Origin: Euprymna scolopes
Taxonomy: Eukaryota
NCBI GenBank assembly: GCA_053919585.1
Contig: CM132786.1
Direction: 5' to 3' (one strand)
DNA: 64,000 bases
Shown: one piece after another, positions 40,431 through 51,899 of the stretch
Layout of the letters: each line of letters begins with the position of its first letter
Numbering within the stretch: position 1 is the stretch's first letter
Position numbers and translations under genes: made by a program
Notes under the pieces: generated by a model
Seen by the model: only the letters and a program-made list of their open reading frames with translations
Database searches by the model: none
Told to the model about the DNA's origin: nothing

Positions 40431-41211
40431 TCTGCCATACTAATAGACTGTTCTACTCTCACTTAATACCGAAGGACTAAGCAGTAAGGCGTCAGTCGAT
40501 ATCTGGTGCACAAACTTAGGCCGTTCGTCGTCGACGAGACACAATTAACCTATTGTATATTTTGCAATGCAAACAACTTTATTTTGTCGTTTAGTTTTTC
40601 GTTGAACATTTAGCAGGCTTACAAAAATTTATTTATCGAAATATTTACAGCCCATCAGCATAAACGATTTATGTTTGCATTTGTGGGTGCCCTAGAAAAT
40701 TAAAATAAATACCAACTATACTGTTTCGATTGAATAGCCGGAGTAAATTACAAAATATTGCCGAATATAAAAGTGCATTCTATATATTATGGAGTGTTGG
40801 CAATCTCGTAAGCCATTTAATTTCCAATATTTTTTGAAAGAAATGTTATATATCTATTAAATCTAGATAAAATTTTTGTTTAAAAGTACTTAATCTTGTT
40901 TAAGGATTCTCTTCAAATGAATGAATATCTGAAGATAAATTCTCGAAGCGTATTACATCACTGTTTTGGTTTAATTTTTATTTACTTACATAACCTCAGT
41001 GGCTTTCCAAATATTTCCGTTTTACAGGAGTTTAGAGATTTACCTTTAATATGTGTTAGATTGTATTAAAAGATCGATATATTTTCTATTTATAGATATA
41101 TATTTCCCCATGTAAACCGGTGCAGAAATAAGGTGTCTACATTTTCGTAAATTTACATCATAATAGGAATTGCATACTATATATGTATATATGTATGTAT
41201 ATATATACATA

Positions 41212-41248
<37 letters not shown>

Positions 41249-41899
41249 GGTACTTATTTTATGTAAATCTAGGGGTTATTGTTATAGAAATAAGTTTATA
41301 TCTATACGAATAGAGGGCATTAAATGGTGGGCAATTATTTTAATGAAGGCTAAACATGTGTATGAAGATTAGCACATAAAGTGGATGTTACCATTATTAA
41401 GAGAATGTCTACAATTTGAAAACTAATCTGACTGCGGTGCACACAATCCTCATATTATCAACAACCCTGATATTATTTCCTACTGTTATGCTGTTTGCCT
41501 CCCTCATTTTAAATTTTGAACCATACACATCTGTTAATCTATCTTTCCCTATTTTCATTAGCCATAGGTCAAACCACATTTCGTGTATTCATGCTTCCAT
41601 CTCTTCTGTTCGAATGAGAAATGGTGCTATTTCAGGTCTCATGTAATAAGATGATTAAACCGTTTTCTCATCAATGTCCACTCGTTATTCAAACTTATAA
41701 TATGTGGCTATACATCCGTATATACGTTGTATCGTCAATAATTCTAGGATATAATTAAGCGCTAGCATGCACGCCGAGATTCTCATATCCTGATTAGATT
41801 TCATTTTAAGATTCTTACATATTGATAAGTCTCTTTGAATATGTGTCAATATTTTCTTTGATCACTATATTATCTGGTAAAGGCATAGGCTGAAGTTTA

Positions 41900-42830
41900 T
41901 TTTACCTATAGCGATATATCAAAGAGCAAATATATACCCATTTTGGATGGATAAAAATTGTAAACCCTCTTTTCAATAATGCTAATCTCTCTAAACTAAT
42001 GCCCGCAATTAATAACTTCAACCTACATGTAAACACATGCGAACATGATTTAACTCAGAGATAATACAAAACCCTTACTCCTTTGATTCCCGCACCCGAA
42101 ATGGGTTCGACAACCTCTTCTGTGCTCCTTTACTGAACATTTGATCGTAAGAAAATAACTATGAAATATTTGCCGCCTAGCAATTTAAATTAAAGTCAAT
42201 ATCATCCACTCTTTCCAACAAGCATTAGTAAATGATCTGATCATCCGTGTCCAAACGATTACTTTTTAAGAATATCGTAAAATATTCAAGCGTAATATTT
42301 AAAAATCTATATATGATTTCGCTAAGAAGAGAAAAATAATATCGGAATCAATTTTGGCAACTGCCAACACGAACATCTATCAAATGAAAATTGATCTAAT
42401 AGACTAACTCCACAAGGAATTTAACAAATAATTTAAAACTCCAGGCAGAATGCCTATACAATTTAATAGACGCATACTTAAACCACAATTAAATAAAATT
42501 ATCTAACACACACCAATTTTAACATAAAATAGTACGGCCTATCGTACTACGCGAGGCACATATCGTATGGCATAAAACTAGCAGCTTACTGACGTAAAAC
42601 TCAAAGTAATTAAGAGAGTAACAGATTTATTAGGATTATATATCCTGAAATACTTAATATCCGAATTTAAGGATACGAGTAAGACGAGATGCCTATATAG
42701 AGACGATGACTTGTTGACGACAGGACATACCTAAACTGCACAGTAAATCCATCATTTAATTGGGAGCTCTTTTTGAAGATGTCTGGCTGTACTATAACTG
42801 AAGACAACGATAAAAGATATCAAACATATA
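41900..42830 (+). mobile_element. Possible highly decayed Penelope-like element
   Basis: Weak by-eye similarity only: INNFNLHVNTCE (cf. LNS..P.IQFT.E), LKPQLNK (cf. the GIY-YIG C-terminal KP.LN) and a downstream tgaaga...gaa hammerhead-like remnant near 42774. Confidence 0.3.
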
Positions 42831-43240
42831 AATGTATATCAAACACTGCCAGATGTCACTTATAGCCGCTACTATACACCTAGGCTGCCCGCTTTTGCTA
42901 TAAAGATGCGTATATCTACTAACTTATAATTCATATTAAATAATACTTCTAAAGAAAAAACCCGCTTTAACAATTCTCAAAAGAAATTGATGACGCTGAA
43001 TCNNNNNNNNNNNNNNNNNNNNNNNNNNNNNNNNNNNNNNNNNNNNNNNNNNNNNNNNNNNNNNNNNNNNNNNNNNNNNNNNNNNNNNNNNNNNNNNNNN
43101 NNNNNNNNNNNNNNNNNNNNNNNNNNNNNNNNNNNNNNNNNNNNNNNNNNNNNNNNNNNNNNNNNNNNNNNNNNNNNNNNNNNNNNNNNNNNNNNNNNNN
43201 NNNNNNNNNNNNNNNNNNNNNNNNNNNNNNNNNNNNNGTG

Positions 43241-43301
43241 TTAGTCTAGCGGCACTGATGAGTTGTGAAACAACGAAACAGGTCTGTATGTCGATGACTA
43301 A
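43241..43301 (+). ncRNA. Type I hammerhead ribozyme 1
   Basis: ttagtc-tag-cggca-CTGATGA-gttg-tgaaa-caac-GAAA-cag-gt-ct-GTA/tgtcg-at-gactaa: all three stems pair and the core is intact; predicted cut after A43288. Confidence 0.93.
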
Positions 43302-43484
43302 AATATATTTTATAAAGCTCCCCTCTTTGGTAGAGCACTCTCGTAAATTATCTTACTCGCTACTTAATTTAGCTGAAATAATGCGAAGCTCGCGATTTGT
43401 TTACAAACAAACGTTTGAGCCCTCTACGAGTAGCGGACGGATGTTTATTTAAATAATCGTTCGGACAGGTTAATTTCGGCCACC

Positions 43485-43556
43485 GATTCCGTAGTCAAGG
43501 GGTAGGACTGCCGACTGTCATCACGACGGTTCTAGGTTCGATCCTCGGCTTGGGAG
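43485..43556 (+). promoter_or_regulatory. tRNA-Asp-derived head with Pol III A/B boxes (not a functional tRNA)
   Basis: A box tagtcaagggg 43492-43502, ct-GTC-a anticodon-loop remnant 43515-43520, B box ggttcgatcc 43535-43544, and a gggag end like tRNA-Asp; acceptor and anticodon stems pair poorly. Confidence 0.75.
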
Positions 43557-43561
43557 AGGTG

Positions 43562-43622
43562 TTAGTCTAGCGGTACTGATGAGTTGTGAAACAACGAAAC
43601 AGGTCTGTATGTCGATGACTAA
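43562..43622 (+). ncRNA. Type I hammerhead ribozyme 2
   Basis: Same as copy 1 except cggTa, which turns a C-G pair into a U-G wobble; predicted cut after A43609. Confidence 0.93.
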
Positions 43623-43805
43623 AATATATTTTATACAGCTCCCCTCTTTGGTAGAGCACTCTCGTAAATTATCTTACTCGCTACTTAATTTAGCTGAAAT
43701 AATGCGAAGCTCGCGATTTGTTTACAAACAAACGTTTGAGCCCTCTACGAGTAGCGGACGGATGTTTATTTAAATAATCGTTCGGACACGTTAATTTCGG
43801 CCACC

Positions 43806-43877
43806 GATTCCGTAGTCAAGGGGTAGGACTGCCGACTGTCATCACGACGGTTCTAGGTTCGATCCTAGGCTTGGGAG
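43806..43877 (+). promoter_or_regulatory. tRNA-Asp-derived head with Pol III A/B boxes, second copy
   Basis: +321 copy of 43485-43556; ctagg-ttcgat-cctag forms a perfect T-arm-like stem here. Confidence 0.75.
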
Positions 43878-43882
43878 AGGTG

Positions 43883-43943
43883 TTAGTCTAGCGGCACTGA
43901 TGAGTTGTGAAACAACGAAACAGGTCTGTATGTCGATGACTAA
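43883..43943 (+). ncRNA. Type I hammerhead ribozyme 3
   Basis: Identical to copy 1; predicted cut after A43930; the array ends about 10 nt after stem I. Confidence 0.93.
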
Positions 43944-43951
43944 AATATATT

Positions 43952-43987
<36 letters not shown>

Positions 43988-44117
43988 CACGTTTAAAAAT
44001 CACATTGAATAATTGTAAAACATGCATGTGTAATAGAATACTTTTAAATATACACCTGTATACACACACATGCACAATAATGTACATACGAACTCAATCA
44101 CCCATATATATGCATAT

Positions 44118-44164
<47 letters not shown>

Positions 44165-46447
44165 TGTATATTACATCTTTTCTTCATAGCTATCATTCAT
44201 TGAATCATAATGTTATTGCAGAAGATATAAAATCATATGAGAGAAGTATATATGTAAACTTTCAGCATGTTTACTGTTAAAATGTATTATTGAAAGCACG
44301 TTTATGTTCACAATAGATGGCAGCTCTTGGTAGCACACAATCCTGTTATTGCACCGCACTTGAAAGAATAATTTATAAGATGTTCAACATCAGGTAATTT
44401 AGAATATAGACTTCGGGTTTATATATTTTTTTGTGGGGGAATCACCCTCCAAATGGACTGGTATACCCGTTATATAAACCTAGACCTTCTGATCACAGGT
44501 ATGGATTAAACACCAGAGCGACCCTCGCCTGCTCGGTGACGTTTACTACTCTTTTCAGTTGTAACCTTTTTACATTATTGTTCCAGTAATACATTGTTAA
44601 AACTCTATTCCGTTGTTCTGATTCTTTGTGGCTTATTGCAACCGTACAAAGTTATATGCTTTGTGATTGCATGCAGCTTCATAAATAAATAATTGGTAAA
44701 TAAAAGGTTTAATANNNNNNNNNNNNNNNNNNNNNNNNNNNNNNNNNNNNNNNNNNNNNNNNNNNNNNNNNNNNNNNNNNNNNNNNNNNNNNNNNNNNNN
44801 NNNNNNNNNNNNNNNNNNNNNNNNNNNNNNNNNNNNNNNNNNNNNNNNNNNNNNNNNNNNNNNNNNNNNNNNNNNNNNNNNNNNNNNNNNNNNNNNNNNN
44901 NNNNNNNNNNNNNNNNNNNNNNNNNNNNNNNNNNNNNNNNNNNNNNNNNNNNNNNNNNNNNNNNNNNNNNNTTAAAGGTATTCTTATACGCAGGGTTAAC
45001 AATGCACTTAATATTTCGAGCAATCACTGAACTGCATTCTTGAACTTATCTGCAACAATTATCTTCATGTACACTCTCATCAAATAATACTAAATAAGGT
45101 TTGAAATTAAAATCTAAGGTACTAAAATACATTACATTCATTCAGTTTAGAAAAGTTCTTACGATTTTTCCTGTCCGCCTTTTTATTGCTGATTTTATTC
45201 CAGCTTAATATTCAATCTTTTTATATTTGATTTTTTTTTAATTTGCATGTAATTGCTTTCCTCTTTCCTCTACAATGTTTATTAATTTCTCTTTTCTATC
45301 CGTTGTTTTGTTCCCGATGCTTATTTATTTCTATTCATAATTTATTTTTAAAATATCTTAAATATTTATAGTCTTGTCTTTTATGTTATATTTATTTCAG
45401 TTTATATTATTCCGTGATCTTTGTCATACTGTATTCCTATTTAATCAAATATATTTATATTATATTGCAATTTTATTTCACTATTGTGTAATATAATTTT
45501 CAATTATCAGCTTAATACCACGTCTTCTATGCTCTCTATATCATGTCAAATATGACCCATCATAGTTGGGGACATATTCATGATCTATTTCTACTAATAT
45601 AATTACCCCATACTTATATAGCTCCACCACTTTGCTTTATAAGGCACAATGTTTATTGTTCCGTGTTCGACCTAACGATTATAAGCTCCTACCAAGCTGC
45701 AGGTATATCCGTTAAAATACCAAATGGAATGAGGGCAATGCTCATCCTCCAGTATATTAGCAAACACATAGAACAATCCCCTATACTCATGAGTCCCTTT
45801 ACTCCTTATTTTTTTAGATCGTTAACACTTCATCTTCTTGTTTATTGGAAGTTGCTGCTGAAGCCAAATATATGACATAACTATATTTTCACTTTAAAGC
45901 TTCGAAGTACCTATTTATGAAAACTGTCTATAAGCTTTCTCATTTATATCCTGTTATTATTTATAATGATAAATTATATAGTATACCAAATAATATATAG
46001 ATATATACATATATATATATATGTATATATATATGCATATATAATACTAGTATAATACTGGTAACCTGTTTTAGCCTTTCCTCCTACATTGCGCCGGATG
46101 TCTATTCCTTTTTATGTTTGTTCATTATAACATTTCCCTAATANNNNNNNNNNNNNNNNNNNNNNNNNNNNNNNNNNNNNNNNNNNNNNNNNNNNNNNNN
46201 NNNNNNNNNNNNNNNNNNNNNNNNNNNNNNNNNNNNNNNNNNNNNNNNNNNNNNNNNNNNNNNNNNNNNNNNNNNNNNNNNNNNNNNNNNNNNNNNNNNN
46301 NNNNNNNNNNNNNNNNNNNNNNNNNNNACGTAATTTGTATATATATATATATATATATGCATGTATATATGTTTATATATATATATGTATATATATGCAT
46401 ATATATGTATATGTACAGAAATCAATTAAAACAATTCGGATGTAATA

Positions 46448-46483
<36 letters not shown>

Positions 46484-48211
46484 GGTGCGTGTGTGTATAT
46501 ATTCTTTTATGCCATGATAGTATACATCAGTTATTGATGTAGATAAAGTGGGGGCTGGTCTCTTTATATCCTTGTTTCAATTAAATGTTCATATATCCTT
46601 CCTGAGAGTGTAAGCAAAAATTAGCTTACATATATAAAAATCCCGTAACAGATAGGCTATACACCATCTTGCATTGTTCAATAAAAGCGATAATCTTCGT
46701 ATATGACAGAAATCAAATTAGTTTCTCAAAAATGAACATGCTGTTTCTATTCTCATGTTAATATCACTAGACATATCTCTATTATGTTAACAAGCATTTC
46801 TCTCCTTTCTGATGATAATCATTAGGTTTCAATATACGATGCTATGCAGAATCTCTACTTAACATACACCCCTAGGTTATGTATATTCTTTTTGAATAAC
46901 TAAATAAATACAAATATTAGATGTAGTTTCATATTGCCATTTTCAGTTTTTGTGTATTTCTATAGAAGCTCCAAGTCAATGTGTTGAGCTTTGCGTCATC
47001 TCTTTAAAAAATTGGTTTACAAATCGATCTTATTCCGTACATTAACTTCTTTATATATACATCTATATATGTATCTATCTACTTATCTATCTATCTATCA
47101 TTCTATCTATCTATTTACGTATCTATCTATCTATCTTTATGTATGTGTGCCTGTGTTTAATTTTTAACGACTGATTTAAAATGAAAAGTTTGAATGAAGA
47201 AAGTGGTGTATTAATATAAAGTATTCTTTGTTCCCCATAATATAATTTTTTAAATGTTTGTACATATGATATAATTTTCAGTGTAGTGTTTACTAATGCA
47301 GTTTGTGAAAGTCATATGATTAGTTTGAGACTGCAGTCTTTGTTGCTGCATTAAGAGTGATAAATACCTTATTTTCACTGTGGTGTTACCTAGTGCATCG
47401 GCTTCAAAAAAGTTCAACAGGCGCCCGTGAATGTTAATCCACAATGTGTTGTCGTATGTATAAACGCATTTACATATCTCTTCTGTTCAGTTACGCCCGT
47501 TCCAATTTTCTCTTGCGAACACACTCACAGTTGGAATAGATATGCAGAAGTTTTGCTGAAGCGTGTTTAATTTCAGACATCATAGCTATGTACACAAATT
47601 CCTTCTGATAAAGTTATGCCGATTAAAATATTGGGAATTATTTTAAGCAATCCAATTCTATACTTGTTTATTAAGATATTCTATGTGTGCCTTGTTGTTG
47701 TGTAGTCAATTTAATTAAGACAGCAAAAATATTTGGAAAGAAAAGGAATTTATTACACTGCTATTATCTCCGACGCAACGTTGTCATCTCAATCAATAGA
47801 ACAAAGTAAAACAAACGGTGTGTTTTTTTTTAAATTCTAATCAATATGAGAATATTAAAAACAGTTGTCGAAAAATACGATTTCAAGGAAAGTTGTGTTT
47901 TCCTCCGTTGTCTTAAAGTGGTTACTATTTCATTATCGTTTACATTAATAGAAGAAATAGGTTAAAGTATTTGCATTCCTAAGATTATCAATGGAAATCC
48001 TAGAAACAAAATGCACTGGCATGAATGTCGAATATAAAACAATTATTTGTTCGTAATCCCTCATTGAGCATCTTCCTTTTCAAAATATTATCTCTATTAA
48101 GCTATGTTTCCTTAAATAACATATACATCCTGGCGATATATAATAGATTTATTCGGGGTTTGAACGTTTCATGAGGTTAATCTATTGCTTCCGAGATGGC
48201 CTGTGTGATTT

Positions 48212-48297
<86 letters not shown>

Positions 48298-48599
48298 TGA
48301 TTAGACGATTCCATTAAAATTTCCGTTTCCGAAAAAATTCCAGATTCCTGCTTCGATTTTTTAAAATTTATAAGTTTGCCTGTTTCGAAATGAGTATTAT
48401 CTGCCCTACATAAACTAAACACTTCGGAATATTTTTATCAAAAGCTTATTTTCTGATACATTGGTATCTATCTTATGCTAATGAATCACATATATATTTT
48501 GTTTTATGAAACAATAATATTTTCATTAATTTATTATATAAATGTTTAACTGTAAATACTTTATTTTTAAATACCCATCGTAAACTTCTTTCTACTGTT

Positions 48600-49980
48600 G
48601 TAATGTTTCACACCTCTATAAGTTTGACATACCGCAGGTATCTGTGCCACACTCGCCTGAACCGGGAAAAATGGTACCCTTCTAGAATTCACAATAGTCA
48701 TCACTCCTATTTTCTCATTTTTTATATATTCTTACATTTAATTCTACTCCACCATTATCGTATTATTCATAAGAAAATAACTCATCTAACACACTATTTT
48801 GTGAGGGAACTAATTTATGAATATCAGGAATAATAAAGGGCCAAGGATCTATTCTTGAGTAACACCTGTATAATATCTTACATACGACTATCGAGGTAAA
48901 ACTTCGTTGTCTGTTATTTAGAAAAGAGATGGGTATATTAAGTATGCGTCAAGTAATACCATAAAATCGGATTTTGATGAGAAGACCATCATGTCATACC
49001 TTGTCAAAAGCCGCAGATATATCAAGACGGCTGTACTTCTTTCCCTGCCTCAGAGATTACAGATCAAATATCTGCAGCAGAAGGGCTTGCCTAAATCTAT
49101 ATTGATGGTCGGACAGAAGTTAAGTGGCTGTGAGTTTGTCGAATAAAGCTTGATTAATGATGGGCTAATCTATTAAAAATGGAGAACTCAAATGGGTAAT
49201 AATTTAATGGGTCAGTTCTATCGCCAATTCCTGTAAACTGATACCCCAGAATCAGTTTTGCAGCAGTCTGGAAAGCATGATTCGTTAAGGCATTTGTTGA
49301 AAAGTTTGGACGGAATAAAAGCAAGATGAACAGAGCATTTTTAATAGTACAGACATGATTAGATAAGGTCTACCTGCCATTGAGTTAACTGTTTTTTTTA
49401 ATCATATTATGTATTTGCGATAGATTGATTTTCAGATCTTTTATTGTGGTTTCTGTCAACAAAGGAAAGTAAGAAAAGGAGTGATTTTCTGGGTCAAATG
49501 TGGAAATTAAAACAATTTAACAGGATAGCATGTTATCCCTCTCGGTTGCCGTGCAAACTATCTCATGATTGATAAATAATGGGCGGATTGTTGATTGCCC
49601 ATTATTTATTACTCTGTTGTAAATTTTCAGAATTGACGAGTTCCCAATTTTTGAGCTCCGATGCGTTTTCTAGCTGTTTCGCTCTATTCTCTTTTAGCTG
49701 TTGCTGCCTGATTCTTACAATTTTGCCTGTTTGTAGTGGAATTATGTCTGATGAATCCGATGTATGTATGCTGCCTCTCAGAAAGGGCAGCTGCATAATG
49801 TGAAGTAAACCCATGTGGAGAGTCAATTTTGCTACAAACCTTCCGGATGGGACACATCTACTTTAATTGTTGTTTACAATAATTCAATGGTCTCATTGAG
49901 ACACCGTTCCGCAGAAAGAGAAATATATTTCCCTACTGCACATCTCTGAGCTGATCTTTAATGGAATCCCTGCCAGCCTT
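48600..49980 (-). mobile_element. CR1/L2-group LINE ORF2 remnant
   Basis: Minus-strand motifs LFNKCLNESCFPD, DISAAFDKV*HDGLL and GVTQE*ILGPLLFLIFIN. Confidence 0.8.
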
Positions 49981-49989
49981 ATTGTAGTA

Positions 49990-50600
49990 CTTTGTCTAAT
50001 CAGTAATCACGCGAGGGCATATAAAATAAAGACAGAAAAGAGACGGAAAGACATCCAAGAAAACCACTAACAAAATATTAGACGAATGAAAAAACTAAGC
50101 TTTAAAATAAAATAAATAACTTACATGATCCTATTAAGAGGACAACACTTTGGTATGTGTGCAAACCATTGCATCTTAAACATGAGATTTAATAGTACAA
50201 CTATAAACCGACAGTATTAACTGAAATCAGAAATTAAAAAAATATCCTATGGGAAGTACAATTAATTAAACCGTCCAAGCACGAGAACCGGATGTTATCA
50301 TTATTAACACATAGGTAAAGTCATGCAAGTTTAATTTAAGGTGTTCCAGCAAATCAGAATGTAAATAGCTAGGTGACATAAGTTGAATAATTATACAGAT
50401 CTGGTTTGAGAGATGAGAGTAATGTAAAAAACACGTCAAGATAACAACAATAATAGTGCGAGCCATGAGAAACTCCTCAAAATTCATTCAATAAAGACGA
50501 GAACTGGTCATATCAATAGGAATGGTTGAACAGATTCAACAGATGTAACTAATGAATACAGCTGATTATTAAGAAATAACCTTGAACGCTGAAACAAATA
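49990..50600 (+). mobile_element. R4/Dong-like (restriction-like endonuclease) LINE C-terminal remnant
   Basis: Decayed WYVCK, NILWE and QAR.PDVIIIN motifs (cf. ARRPDLVIIN of REL domains). Confidence 0.55.
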
Positions 50601-50969
50601 AATGTGATTTGTATGAGGAAAACCTGCTGCAGAATTGATATAAACAGAAAGCGCACTGAATCGCGAAAACTCGAAGTTTATAATTGTAAGTAACCCACGT
50701 ATATACACAAGTGTCTGCATCAACTGGAATTTAAGCAATAATTGTGTAAGGTCGAAGGGTTAGAAAGATTAAAATTGAACAGCAATAACCACACATCAAA
50801 TGAATCAATGCGAATAGAATAGTGGCATTGGGGGGCTTATTATCAGCAAATTTCCAGTGATGATAATTGGTTGCAGTCACTTTGAAATGAATGGCAAATC
50901 CTGTTTCAATAAAAAGGGGGGTCAGTATTGATAAACCTGACATAACTAGATAACTAGTTTCGATGTACA

Positions 50970-51056
<87 letters not shown>

Positions 51057-51899
51057 GCTGGGCTGGTAATCTACTCCTTCTGCATGTGTATCTGTGAGGT
51101 CCCACCGTTTTACGTTTTGCTGTTTAGAATCAGTGGAGATGAAATTCTGGTAGTGTGTTCTCTTGCATACTGTATTTGTCTTGGCGTAATTATAACTTTA
51201 TATTATGTGCATTTAGTATGCCTTCTTGAGATCCACATGGCATCATTTTAGTATTTCTTATATTAACATTAGATCTACCTCATCAAACTTTCCTGGGGTT
51301 TAGTATTTGCCTTTGAAAAAATATCCTCGAAATCGTGTTATTTGTTTGGCAAATTATGTTCTTATATCGATGGAAATTATCAACATGTTAAGTGTTATTT
51401 GATTTGTTCCGCGGAGACTATTCAACGCATTACATTCTCCTGCTAATTATTTGCAAGCATCTCTCACGTTTCGTCTCGTGAATATCATTGATACCGCGTT
51501 TTGTTTTTCAAGTGTTTTTTTTGTTGTATGAAATTCACTTCCTACCTTTCCCTGTGGAAGAGGGAATTCCCTGGTGTTTATGTTGTTTATCTAGCTGTAT
51601 TGATGACTGCATAACATTTACATCCATAGAGTTATCTCCTTATCTCCGCTGACTTAAATACTTATAATTCTTACTGATCTGTTCAATATAAAGACACATG
51701 TCTTGTTGGTGTAATGTGCGCTTACTTTTCTCTCTCATCGTTGTCACAAATTGTAATTTGCTAAAAAAGTTTTCATAATAAAACCTCCAACAACCATATA
51801 TAGTTTTCTTGTTTCTCACTTTCGTAACTGAATCACATTCTATTACTTATTCGCCTTCACTTGGGTTCTTCTGAGCAGGTAGTTGTGGATATTGAAACA

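Larger units (their letters stand above)
43238..43952 (+). mobile_element. 321-bp tandem array of a tRNA-Asp-headed hammerhead repeat (retrozyme/SM-alpha-like), at least 2.2 units
   Basis: Exact 321-bp period (43241/43562/43883) with about 4 substitutions per unit; each unit has A/B boxes and a type I hammerhead. The left end runs into an N gap, the right end into (TA)n. Confidence 0.92.

Noticed and set aside
43485-43556. Functional tRNA-Asp gene (and tRNA-Ala at 12056-12121 and 12417-12482)
   Set aside because: Acceptor stems do not pair and arms are degenerate; these are SINE-like tRNA-derived heads
43258-44280. Repeated 64-aa ORF MSCETTKQV... (43258, 43579, 43900)
   Set aside because: Its ATG is part of the hammerhead CUGAUGA core, it shows no protein-like features, and its conservation simply reflects the recent tandem duplication
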